The translations under genes were made by a program, and so were the position numbers. Shown here piece after piece: positions 36,773 to 44,684 of a stretch of 64,000 bases of DNA. The stretch lies in assembly GCA_964642835.1 (NCBI GenBank), contig CAZXQA010000001.1, positions 132,314 to 196,313 on the forward strand, given 5' to 3'. Below the pieces are notes generated by a model. The model was not told where the DNA came from. It searched no databases and worked only from the letters and a program-made list of their open reading frames with translations. Origin of the DNA: an uncultured Candidatus Saccharibacteria bacterium (GTDB taxonomy: Bacteria; Patescibacteriota; Minisyncoccia; Phycocordibacterales; Zambryskibacteraceae). How positions within the stretch are numbered: the stretch's first letter is position 1; the number at the start of each line of letters is the position of its first letter.

Positions 36773-37660
36773 ATGAAAAAAGCTCTTGGTTTTGTTCCTG
36801 AATTAAAGTTTGGTAGAAATATAAATCGCAGGATAAAACTTACTGATAACATCTATCTGTTGCCAGATGAGAGCACTTTGGCTGTCGATTTTCGTTCTGA
36901 GATAGAGAAGAAGGGATATAAGCTTTCAGATGGCTCAGTTCTCTATTTTCAAGGGAGCTTAAAAGCAGATGGTACTTTGTATGAAATATTTCAAGGCTAT
37001 GCTCTTGCTCTAACTTTTTTCAACCCAAAAGGTCAAGCAACATGCAGAGCCTTTAAAGATTTAGATACTGAGGAAGGTATTCAGCTATTTATTGATGAAT
37101 ACGACAAATTTGGTTATGAGAAAGAAGATGTAATCACCCTTAAACCTTCCAAGGTAAAAGATGTTAAGTCTATTTATTCCAAAGTAGAGAAGCAATTGGA
37201 GATTAAAGATTTTAACCCCTTGAGAAACTCGCTAGAGTTCTTTATTTTGTTTTTAAATGAGAGAAAAATTAGAACTCGCTTATTGTATCTAAGTATTTGC
37301 TTAGAAAGTGTCTTGTTGGAAGGGGCGACTGAAGGTCTTTCTTATAAGCTGAGTATGCGTTGTGCAAATCTTTTAAATGCTTTCTATAAAGGTGTAAATA
37401 TGGAATCCGTTTTCGGTGAGATCATGAGCGGGTATGAACTTCGCAGTAAGATTATTCATGGAGATGATTACAACAAAGCATCGGAAAAAATCATAAGAAG
37501 AAGAGGTGGCAATTCTACTGAGCTGGATCATGTTATAAATCTTGAAGCGGTAGTGAAGGACGTGCTTTCAGTAATTTTCTCAAATCAGAGCTTGTATGAT
37601 TCTTCAATAGAAAGTGGATTGGGTAAAATGATTGATCAAAAATATATATTAGATTGTTAG
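36773..37660 (+). CDS. hypothetical protein with C-terminal HEPN-like motif (Rx4H) - candidate Abi/RNase component
   Basis: 295 aa. All-helical C-terminal half with YELRSKIIHGDDY (R-x4-H). Confidence 0.4.
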   Translation: MKKALGFVPELKFGRNINRRIKLTDNIYLLPDESTLAVDFRSEIEKKGYKLSDGSVLYFQGSLKADGTLYEIFQGYALALTFFNPKGQATCRAFKDLDTEEGIQLFIDEYDKFGYEKEDVITLKPSKVKDVKSIYSKVEKQLEIKDFNPLRNSLEFFILFLNERKIRTRLLYLSICLESVLLEGATEGLSYKLSMRCANLLNAFYKGVNMESVFGEIMSGYELRSKIIHGDDYNKASEKIIRRRGGNSTELDHVINLEAVVKDVLSVIFSNQSLYDSSIESGLGKMIDQKYILDC

Positions 37661-37695
37661 TTGTAACAGTGTATCTTTTTTGATAATACTTAAGA

Positions 37696-38211
37696 ATGAT
37701 CAAAAAAATATTACTCATTAGCTTCCTGGTTTTATCTCCAGCTTTTGCTTTTGCCGCAAGCGGAGCATGTTCAGGTCATGGAGGGGTAAGTTGCAGTGCG
37801 GGAGCAGATTCGGACGGAAGTGTGATTTGTAATGACGGTTGGAGGAATAGTAGTGTCTCATATTCTTCAATGGTTATGTGTGGCGCACCTTCAAGTTCAA
37901 AACCTAAGGAAATTGTTCCTGTGGTTAAGCCTGAACCAAGGCCAGAGCCAATAACTGTTCCAACTCCTAAGCAAGAAATCCCGAAGCCTAAAGAGATCCC
38001 AGTTGTTCAGCCTCAAGTTTCAAAACCCGAGGTTGTTAAGCCGGTTGAGAAGAAAGTAACTCCAACACAAGTGGTTCAACCTAAAGCCACTACAACCCCT
38101 GTAAAAACAGTGGAATCAAAGCCTATTCAGGAAGAGGTAAAACCTGTTGAGGTGCCTGCACAGGTTAAAAAGAGAGGGATTATCTCAAGATTCTTTAGCT
38201 TCTTTTTCTAA
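37696..38211 (+). CDS. secreted Cys-/Pro-rich repeat protein
   Basis: Signal peptide, Cys-rich head (GACSGHGGVSCSAGADSDGSVICNDGW), then PKPEP/PVVKP repeats. Confidence 0.45.
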   Translation: MIKKILLISFLVLSPAFAFAASGACSGHGGVSCSAGADSDGSVICNDGWRNSSVSYSSMVMCGAPSSSKPKEIVPVVKPEPRPEPITVPTPKQEIPKPKEIPVVQPQVSKPEVVKPVEKKVTPTQVVQPKATTTPVKTVESKPIQEEVKPVEVPAQVKKRGIISRFFSFFF

Positions 38212-38222
38212 AACCTAACCAC

Positions 38223-38241
38223 TGTCACTTTTGTCACTTTT
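38223..38241 (+). repeat. TGTCACTTTTGTCACTTTT direct-repeat motif (left boundary of repeat copy 5)
   Basis: Identical 19-mer recurs at 55154-55174, directly abutting repeat copy 7. Confidence 0.5.
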
Positions 38242-38874
38242 ATGAAGTCAACTTTTCGTCCGTTAACTGAATTGGCAGAAAGTAAGGAACGTCTGAATGC
38301 TCTGCTCTTCCTAACTCTTGGTTCAAAGTATTTGAATTTGGTGCACAACGTTTTAGGAGAGAGTATAAAGTCTGGTAACCCTCATATGATTGTTTCAGAT
38401 GGCGATTCATCTTGGGAAGAGTACTACCAGAAAACCAAATGGAGTGATTTCTTTATTATTGAGCCCACCTTATTTTGTCTTTATCACGGACTCGAGCTCA
38501 CCATTAAGGGCCTTACTCTTTTGGTAAAAGAAGAGGATATGGAGCCAGTTCATAGTCTTTCTAAACTTTATAACAAGCTACTGGCTTTAGAAGAAGTTCC
38601 TAACGATATAAAAGATGTTATAGGTAAATACATTAGTGCTAGTGAAAAAGAAAACTTCATTTCCAGCTTTCTACTAGAAAATGGCAAGGACATTGATGGC
38701 CTCTACGAATCTTTAAGGTACCCAGCGGATAAAAATCTTCAGAGTTTGAATAGCTACTTTCAGCTACATTATAAGGAGGCTCAGGCACTAGAGGAGTACC
38801 AATCAATCCTTCAAGACATAAGGAGCTTGCAATCCTCAGCTACTAAATTTTACAAAGCATATTCCCAGGAATAA
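38242..38874 (+). CDS. hypothetical protein nested inside repeat copy 5 (candidate cargo / mobility protein)
   Basis: 210 aa, helical, no recognisable motifs. Sits exactly where the cargo-free copy (55154-55305) has TTTTGAAGCGCTCGAGACCC. Here TTTT-ATGAAG…(gene)…TAATATGCGCTCGAGACCC. Confidence 0.5.
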   Translation: MKSTFRPLTELAESKERLNALLFLTLGSKYLNLVHNVLGESIKSGNPHMIVSDGDSSWEEYYQKTKWSDFFIIEPTLFCLYHGLELTIKGLTLLVKEEDMEPVHSLSKLYNKLLALEEVPNDIKDVIGKYISASEKENFISSFLLENGKDIDGLYESLRYPADKNLQSLNSYFQLHYKEAQALEEYQSILQDIRSLQSSATKFYKAYSQE

Positions 38875-38877
38875 TAT

Positions 38878-39062
38878 GCGCTCGAGACCCGTCGTTTTAG
38901 ATGCTAAAATTAAGCTAATTCCGTCAAGCGGGGCTTAACCGTTTACGGTTCGAGCTCGAGTCGGCCAGCCAACTCGTGCGATGCTCGAGACGCGTCTGCA
39001 CATCGTTTTCTTAGCTCTGCATAGAGCGCACCCTCTTGGGACTCGAACTTTGGTATACTTTT
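38878..39062 (+). repeat. tRNA-Gln-derived intergenic repeat, copy 5 (GCTCGAGACCCGTCGTTTTAGATGCTAAAATTAAGCTAATTCCGTCAAGC form + promoter module)
   Basis: …CGGTTCGAGCTCGAGTCGGCCAGCCAACTCGTGCGATGCTCGAGACGCGTCTGCACATCGTTTTCTTAGCTCTGCATAGAGCGCACCCTCTTGGGACTCGAACTTTGGTATACT. Confidence 0.7.
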
Positions 39063-39065
39063 GTT

Positions 39066-39986
39066 ATGGAAGCTAAAACTGTCGTCACGAGCTACACAGA
39101 ACCCGATCTAGACGGGTATTCTGGTGCCGTTGCCTATGCCGAATTTTTGAATAAAACAGGCACTCCAGCGATCGTTAGGCTTTTTGGTAAACCTCATATT
39201 GAAGCCACACATTTGGTAGAAAAGTATGGTCTCAAGGTTGAACAAGATGATCAGGCACCTTTAGAGAAAGTTGTATTGGTTGATGCGAGTGAAATAAAGA
39301 ATCTAAATCCACTCATTGATTTTAAAAATGTGGTTGAGGTTATTGATCACCGCAAAATGAATGATGCTCCGATGTTTGTAAACGCAAAGATTCTGATAGA
39401 GTTCGTAGGTGCCGCAGCCACTCTTATTGCCGAGAAATTTCACCAAAGCAATATCGAAATTTCAAAGGCATCAGCTATCTTGCTCTACGGGGCTATTGTC
39501 TCAAATACCCTTAATTTTAAAGCCAAGGTTACTACGGAGCGGGATCAAATCATGGCTAAGTGGCTCAATGAACAGCTCGGGTTTACCAAAGAATTTACTG
39601 ATGATATGTTCCGTGCCAAGTCGGATGTAACAGGAGAAAAGCTTATGGAGCGAATTAATGCAGATTTCGCCATCTTCCCGTTTGAAAAAAAGAAATTAGG
39701 TTTTGGTCAGCTTGAGATCACGGATGTTAAGTCTTTAATAGATACTCGAAAAGATGAGTTATTCTCCATATTAAAAACACTTAAAACAAATGATAGCCTC
39801 GATACAGTTTTCATCTCCTTTATTGATCTCAGTGACGGATTCAATGCCTTTGTTACCGAAGACATCGAATTGCAATCTATTTTGAGCGAAATACTAGATA
39901 TTAAATTTGAAGATGGGGTAGCTTTCAGAGATGGATATATTATGCGTAAAGAATTAGCACCTTTTCTTAAAGAGAAGTTTTCATAA
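39066..39986 (+). CDS. DHH/DHHA2-family phosphoesterase (family-II inorganic pyrophosphatase PpaC-like, divergent active site)
   Basis: Start at MEAKTV (ATG 39066, 7 nt after TGGTATACT). TEPDLDGYSGAVAYAEFLNK resembles PpaC NPDTDTICSAIAYA. DHH motif reads IDHRK. C-terminal DHHA2-like GFGQLEITD. Confidence 0.7.
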   Translation: MEAKTVVTSYTEPDLDGYSGAVAYAEFLNKTGTPAIVRLFGKPHIEATHLVEKYGLKVEQDDQAPLEKVVLVDASEIKNLNPLIDFKNVVEVIDHRKMNDAPMFVNAKILIEFVGAAATLIAEKFHQSNIEISKASAILLYGAIVSNTLNFKAKVTTERDQIMAKWLNEQLGFTKEFTDDMFRAKSDVTGEKLMERINADFAIFPFEKKKLGFGQLEITDVKSLIDTRKDELFSILKTLKTNDSLDTVFISFIDLSDGFNAFVTEDIELQSILSEILDIKFEDGVAFRDGYIMRKELAPFLKEKFS

Positions 39987-39992
39987 ATATCC

Positions 39993-40508
39993 ATGCTACT
40001 TCTTAACCAAGAAAAGTATCTAGAAACAGTTCCTGAAGACAAGATTGCTAAAGTGGTTCCCTTTGATCCTGCAACTCAAACAACTGCCCAGGAAATTATC
40101 TCTGAAATCCGAGAAGTTCTTCCAGGAGCAGAAGTTTTCTATATAGGCTCTTCAGCTTTAGGGATAGCAGGAGAAAACGATATAGATATGACAGTTATGG
40201 CCTATGATCGCTTTGATGAATACATGCAAGTTATGGGAAAAATGTATGGTGAGCCAGTTCATTCAAACCCAAGTGATGGATACATAAAATGGGAACTAGA
40301 GAGGAACGGTTTTCCAGTGGAACTTCATTTGAATGATGTAATTTCCCCCAACTTCCAAGAACAACTTGATACTCAAAAGATACTTGAAGGAAGTGAAAGT
40401 TTAAGGCAAGAATATGAACGAATAAAGTTTGAGGCCAATGGTTTGTCTTGGAAGGAATATTTGAGAAGAAAATATGAGTTTTGGAATAGAATTTTAGGAA
40501 TAAATTAA
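39993..40508 (+). CDS. GrpB/UPF0157-family nucleotidyltransferase-fold protein
   Basis: 171 aa. VFYIGSSALGIAGENDIDMTV matches the GrpB core (…HIGSTSVPGL.AKP.IDI…). Confidence 0.7.
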   Translation: MLLLNQEKYLETVPEDKIAKVVPFDPATQTTAQEIISEIREVLPGAEVFYIGSSALGIAGENDIDMTVMAYDRFDEYMQVMGKMYGEPVHSNPSDGYIKWELERNGFPVELHLNDVISPNFQEQLDTQKILEGSESLRQEYERIKFEANGLSWKEYLRRKYEFWNRILGIN

Positions 40509-40512
40509 ATTC

Positions 40513-41073
40513 ATGCTAATTGAGTCACAGGATACCATTGAGGCTTTTAATAAAGGAAAGGAATTTCTTCTTACTCTCCCTGGTTCTCTTGACCCAGAGA
40601 TATTAAAAGAAAGTCCCATAATTTTTGTTTTCAGTGATTTATCTGGGGATTCATCAATCCCATATTTTGATGGTAGTAAACTCTCGGCTAATTTCGATTA
40701 TCCAGAAAGTATTCAAAATCAGTCAGTGATTGAAGAATTTAGGCACTACGAAAAGTTATTAGTTCCTAAGATTCAAGAGATAGTCGGATATTTAAAAGAA
40801 AACCCTTTCTCTAAAAGAGCAATAATCAATATCTGGGACGATGCTCAAAGAGCTTTAAATAATAAAGCCGAATGTTTAGTCTATTTAAATTTTAGAAAAT
40901 CAAACAACGGTCTTGACATGAATGTACACATGAGGGCCAACGACGCGGAAAATAAGATATTGTTGAATTTTCATATATTTGCGGCAGTACACAGATTTGT
41001 ATCAAGGGAACTGGGAGAAAGGGTGGGAGTGTATACTCACTTTGTTGATTCCTATCATATTTATAGAGGATGA
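40513..41073 (+). CDS. truncated thymidylate-synthase-superfamily protein (TS/dNMP-hydroxymethylase-like catalytic core, 186 aa)
   Basis: KRAIINIW…AECLVYLNF…LDMNVHMRANDA…NFHIFAAV…HFVDSYHIY aligns block-for-block with E. coli ThyA RRIIVSAWNP…PCHAFFQFYV…LSCQLYQRSCDV…NIASYALL…GDTHLYSNH (catalytic Cys, Arg and Asp retained). The protein ends about 55 residues before a normal TS C-terminus. Confidence 0.55.
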   Translation: MLIESQDTIEAFNKGKEFLLTLPGSLDPEILKESPIIFVFSDLSGDSSIPYFDGSKLSANFDYPESIQNQSVIEEFRHYEKLLVPKIQEIVGYLKENPFSKRAIINIWDDAQRALNNKAECLVYLNFRKSNNGLDMNVHMRANDAENKILLNFHIFAAVHRFVSRELGERVGVYTHFVDSYHIYRG

Positions 41074-41795
41074 ACCATTCAAAAGAGTATTTTTCCATAC
41101 AGTTAGAATTTGCTAAAAAAGTTTCTGAATTAGCAGGAATAAGTCTAAGTGATGCTATCTTAAATTACACTACCTGTTATAAGAAATTTGAAATCGAAGG
41201 ATGGGATTTTAACCCAAATCATCCAGTCTGGTCTGACTTCTCTAAACAGCTAGAAAGCTCTAGTGATCCTTTGTCTACCGTATACGACTTCTATCTAGAA
41301 AGGCAGAAAACTCAAACTAAGGACGCGCCATCTCCTTTTGGCTGTTTTTCCTACGAATATGATAGCGAAGAGAAACATATTCAAATTCACTTTAAACAGA
41401 AAGATAAATCTGGGATTAGTCCATTAAGTTCAGAAAGAATTGAAGTACGCAAAGATGAGTTAAGGAGAATGTTTTCTGAAATTAGGACTAAATACCCAGA
41501 AGCTAAAACGGTAGGAGGATTTTCTTGGCTCTACAACATTGGGGCATATAGAAGGCTTTTCCCGTCCTTATATACCGAAAGTGCTAAAGTCAATCAAACA
41601 TGGTTTAAGTCGTATGCCCTATGGGGTCAGTTCGTAAACTCTAAGAAAGAATTGAAGCAAGACATGTCCCGCTCTTTTCTATCCTGCGTAGAAAGTAAAA
41701 ATACCGTTGAAGAACTAAGAAAATGTTTCCCATATTTAGTTTTAGAACCTGAGGTGAATATCGACGCTTTTTATAATTTTTACAATATAAAATAA
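41070..41795 (+). CDS. hypothetical protein (4-nt ATGA overlap with upstream gene)
   Basis: 241 aa, no recognisable motifs. Translationally coupled inside the 39066-42351 operon. Confidence 0.45.
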   Translation: MNHSKEYFSIQLEFAKKVSELAGISLSDAILNYTTCYKKFEIEGWDFNPNHPVWSDFSKQLESSSDPLSTVYDFYLERQKTQTKDAPSPFGCFSYEYDSEEKHIQIHFKQKDKSGISPLSSERIEVRKDELRRMFSEIRTKYPEAKTVGGFSWLYNIGAYRRLFPSLYTESAKVNQTWFKSYALWGQFVNSKKELKQDMSRSFLSCVESKNTVEELRKCFPYLVLEPEVNIDAFYNFYNIK

Positions 41796-41799
41796 TAAT

Positions 41800-42351
41800 A
41801 TGAACGAACGAGGCGTACTGAATCTGATAAGGAATGATAAATGGATGATGAATGTCTTGGAGACTGCTGAGAAACTTCGACTGCCTCAATGGGTTATTGG
41901 GGCGGGGTTCGTGCGTAATAAAGTCTGGAACCATCTAAGTGGAAAAAATGATGCACAACACTCAACCGACATAGATCTCGTTTACTTTGACCCTATTGAT
42001 ATTGAAGAATCTACCGAAAAAGCGTTAGAGAAAAAGTTGAAAGAGGTGTTGAAGCTAGATTGGTCTGTTAAAAATCAGGCTAGGATGCACCTAGTAAATG
42101 GAGATAGTCCTTATCTTTCTACAGAAGACGCATTGGCACATTGGCCTGAAACAGCTACGGCGATCGGAGTAAATAAGGAGGGAGAAAACCTTCGTCTCGT
42201 TAAACCGTATGGCATCGAAGATTTAGTAAATATGATTGTCAGATCATCTTTAAAATTCAAAGGAGGCCTAGAAGGAGTTAAAATTCGAGCAGCAAAGAAG
42301 AGATGGTTAGAGATGTGGCCAGAGTTAGTAATTCAAAATGAAGATAATTAA
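41800..42351 (+). CDS. nucleotidyltransferase family protein (NTP_transf_6/DUF925-like)
   Basis: 183 aa. WVIGAGFVRNKVWN…STDIDLVYFD matches the DUF925 nucleotidyltransferase signature. Confidence 0.6.
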   Translation: MNERGVLNLIRNDKWMMNVLETAEKLRLPQWVIGAGFVRNKVWNHLSGKNDAQHSTDIDLVYFDPIDIEESTEKALEKKLKEVLKLDWSVKNQARMHLVNGDSPYLSTEDALAHWPETATAIGVNKEGENLRLVKPYGIEDLVNMIVRSSLKFKGGLEGVKIRAAKKRWLEMWPELVIQNEDN

Positions 42352-42481
42352 ATTATTTAGGCCGATTGTAAAAGATGGCTATGGTCTTAAACACACGTTT
42401 CCAGGGGTAACTTAGTAGCTGATTCTAATTTGATCTTTTCTTTAGAGTTATTTACTAGTTTTTTGGAGTATAATTACAGAC

Positions 42482-42739
42482 ATGAATTTCCTATCGCGCC
42501 CGAACACATGGATCGTACTTAGCATCTCTTCTCTTGTGTGTTCGAACGCTTTTTTCCTCTCCCTTAATGATCCAGAGGGGTCGAATCTTCTCGTCATTGC
42601 GGCCTTGGCAGTGGTGACAGGGGGTGTCTCATTCTTGGTGTATAGAGCGGCGCTTGGGTTGAGTGTTGTGAGAAGGTTGCTCCTCGCTCTTGCGGCACAA
42701 ATAATTTTCGTGACGCTTCTCGCCTTCTTTCTAGGTTAA
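42482..42739 (+). CDS. small membrane protein (2-3 TM)
   Basis: 85 aa, hydrophobic. ATG 8 nt after GGAGTATAAT (near-leaderless). 7 nt upstream of the M23 gene. Confidence 0.35.
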   Translation: MNFLSRPNTWIVLSISSLVCSNAFFLSLNDPEGSNLLVIAALAVVTGGVSFLVYRAALGLSVVRRLLLALAAQIIFVTLLAFFLG

Positions 42740-42746
42740 GAACATC

Positions 42747-44180
42747 ATGAAGAAACCTCTTCTCTTCGTACTTGTTTTGACCGCGTTGGCCGTCTATTTG
42801 AGTTACCCGGCGGCGCCAACAGCTATTTCGAGCACCCCCACGGCTACTACGACTCCTCCTGCGATGTGGCTCTCAGTGACTCCAGAAGAACCTATGCAAG
42901 GGGAACCATTCCTTGTACGCGTTGACGGGGCGACGAGCCTCGTGGAGGTGGAGAAACTTACCTTCAATGGCAAAGCCCTGCCAATCTTTATGATGGGAGG
43001 AGAAGTCGTGAGCCTCGCTGGGCTCGATTTGCGTCAGGCGACCGGTACGTATTCCGTGCACGCGGTGCTTTCTGACGGCCGAACATTAAGTGAGGATGTG
43101 GTAGTAAAGGCACGCAAGATTGAGACCGCGCCCTTAGGGATCCCAGAAACACTCGGCGGCAATACGCCCGAGAGCGAGAAGGAACTTGTGAGTACACTAG
43201 TTGAAGAGGGGAAAATTATCTCCGCTATCCCGGTAACAGACGAGAAGCTTTGGAGTGAATCTTTTAGCTACCCACTTGCCACTCCTGTTGTGACTGATGC
43301 TTATGGTTATAGCCGCGAGACGGGTGCCACGACAATCGCTCACAAGGGGACGGACTTCCGCGCGGCGGTTGGCACGCGGGTCAGTGCCATCAATGTGGGG
43401 AAGGTGGCGTACACGGGGTTCCTCCGAAATTACGGCAATGTTATCGCGATCGATCATGGCGCGCGGGTCCTCTCCATTTATATGCATCTCTCGAAGATCT
43501 CGGTAGCTGTCGGTCAGTCGGTGGTACGAGGAGAGACGCTCGGGTTCTCGGGAGACACGGGTTACGTGCTCGGCGCGCATCTTCATCTCACGATTCGTAT
43601 TGGCGGTATCTCCGTTGATCCACTGGCGTTCTTGAAGCTCTTGGGGCCCGATGCTTCCGTTCCGCTCGCGAAGACTGTGGTCGCTTTCGGAGACAGTTTG
43701 ACCTACGGAATTGGTTCAACTGGAGGTGGCGGGTATGTCTCGATTCTCGCGGACGAGCTCGGCATGCCTATCCGTAACCTCGGTGTAAGTGGTAATACAA
43801 CGACTCAGGCTTTGGCGCGACTTCCCGAAGCAACGGCAGAGAAAGCCAGTGTCGCCATCGTGCTTTTGGGCGGGAATGATTTCCTCCAAGGCGTGCCTGC
43901 TGCCACCACGTTTAAAAATTTGGCGGCGATTATCGAAGGATTCAAGAAGGCGGGGACGAAGGTGCTTCTGCTCGGCCTTACCTCAGAGGTGGCGGGCAAT
44001 CGGGACCGGGAATATTTTGATGCTTTAGCAAGAGAGGAAGGAGTGGCATACATACCGGATATTTTGCGTGATATATATGGCGTGCCGGCGATGATGTCGG
44101 ACGCGCTTCACCCCAACGACGCGGGTTACGCACTCATGGCGAGCCGAATCGCACCCGTGCTCAAAAATATGATGAAGTAA
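42747..44180 (+). CDS. secreted fusion: M23 (LytM-type) metallopeptidase + SGNH/GDSL hydrolase
   Basis: 477 aa. Signal peptide. HKGTDFRAAVGTRV…GNVIAIDHG…YMHLS (M23 Zn site) then VVAFGDSLTYG (GDS block), LLGGNDF, DALHPN (SGNH block V). Confidence 0.85.
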   Translation: MKKPLLFVLVLTALAVYLSYPAAPTAISSTPTATTTPPAMWLSVTPEEPMQGEPFLVRVDGATSLVEVEKLTFNGKALPIFMMGGEVVSLAGLDLRQATGTYSVHAVLSDGRTLSEDVVVKARKIETAPLGIPETLGGNTPESEKELVSTLVEEGKIISAIPVTDEKLWSESFSYPLATPVVTDAYGYSRETGATTIAHKGTDFRAAVGTRVSAINVGKVAYTGFLRNYGNVIAIDHGARVLSIYMHLSKISVAVGQSVVRGETLGFSGDTGYVLGAHLHLTIRIGGISVDPLAFLKLLGPDASVPLAKTVVAFGDSLTYGIGSTGGGGYVSILADELGMPIRNLGVSGNTTTQALARLPEATAEKASVAIVLLGGNDFLQGVPAATTFKNLAAIIEGFKKAGTKVLLLGLTSEVAGNRDREYFDALAREEGVAYIPDILRDIYGVPAMMSDALHPNDAGYALMASRIAPVLKNMMK

Positions 44181-44283
44181 GCGACAGGATTAGACCACAT
44201 TTCACACGTAAGAGGTACACTCACGCATCGTTAACCACTCCTGTACCCGGCCGGGTCACTTTATTGGCTCATCACAAACATAT

Positions 44284-44484
44284 ATGGCTATCGAAAATGG
44301 GAATGAAGAGCGCGGTGGGCGTGGTTTCGCGGGCATGGACCCCAAGAAACAGCGCGAAATCGCCTCTGAAGGCGGCAAGGCCGCTCACGCAAGCGGGAAT
44401 GCAAACCAGTTTGACTCGGAAAGTGGTCGCGAAGCGGGTCGCAAGGGCGGCTTGAGTCGTGGCATCAATAGCGAAGAAGTCTAA
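44284..44484 (+). CDS. KGG-repeat general stress protein
   Basis: 66 aa. GGRGFAGMDPKKQREIASEGGKAAH and EAGRKGGLSRG KGG motifs. Hairpin terminator GAACAGGAGCCGTTTTGCGGCTCCTGTTC at 44507-44535. Confidence 0.65.
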   Translation: MAIENGNEERGGRGFAGMDPKKQREIASEGGKAAHASGNANQFDSESGREAGRKGGLSRGINSEEV

Positions 44485-44684
44485 TTCTCTTTTCTTCTCC
44501 GCGCGAGAACAGGAGCCGTTTTGCGGCTCCTGTTCGCGTGCTGCTCCTGTCGTGCTTGCAGTTAGCCGTTCGCCATCTGTAAGATGGATGGATCAAAATT
44601 AAAGCAAACATCAAGAATATTCTCTGGCACCAAGCGGAGAAGAGTATCGTCACACCGACGCGGACGATTGAGTGGTTTGGCGGC

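Noticed and set aside
44264-44455. 63-aa ORF overlapping the KGG stress-protein gene in another frame
   Set aside because: The 44284-44484 frame contains the characteristic KGG/GRKGG repeats. The alternative frame is Ala/Arg-rich noise.
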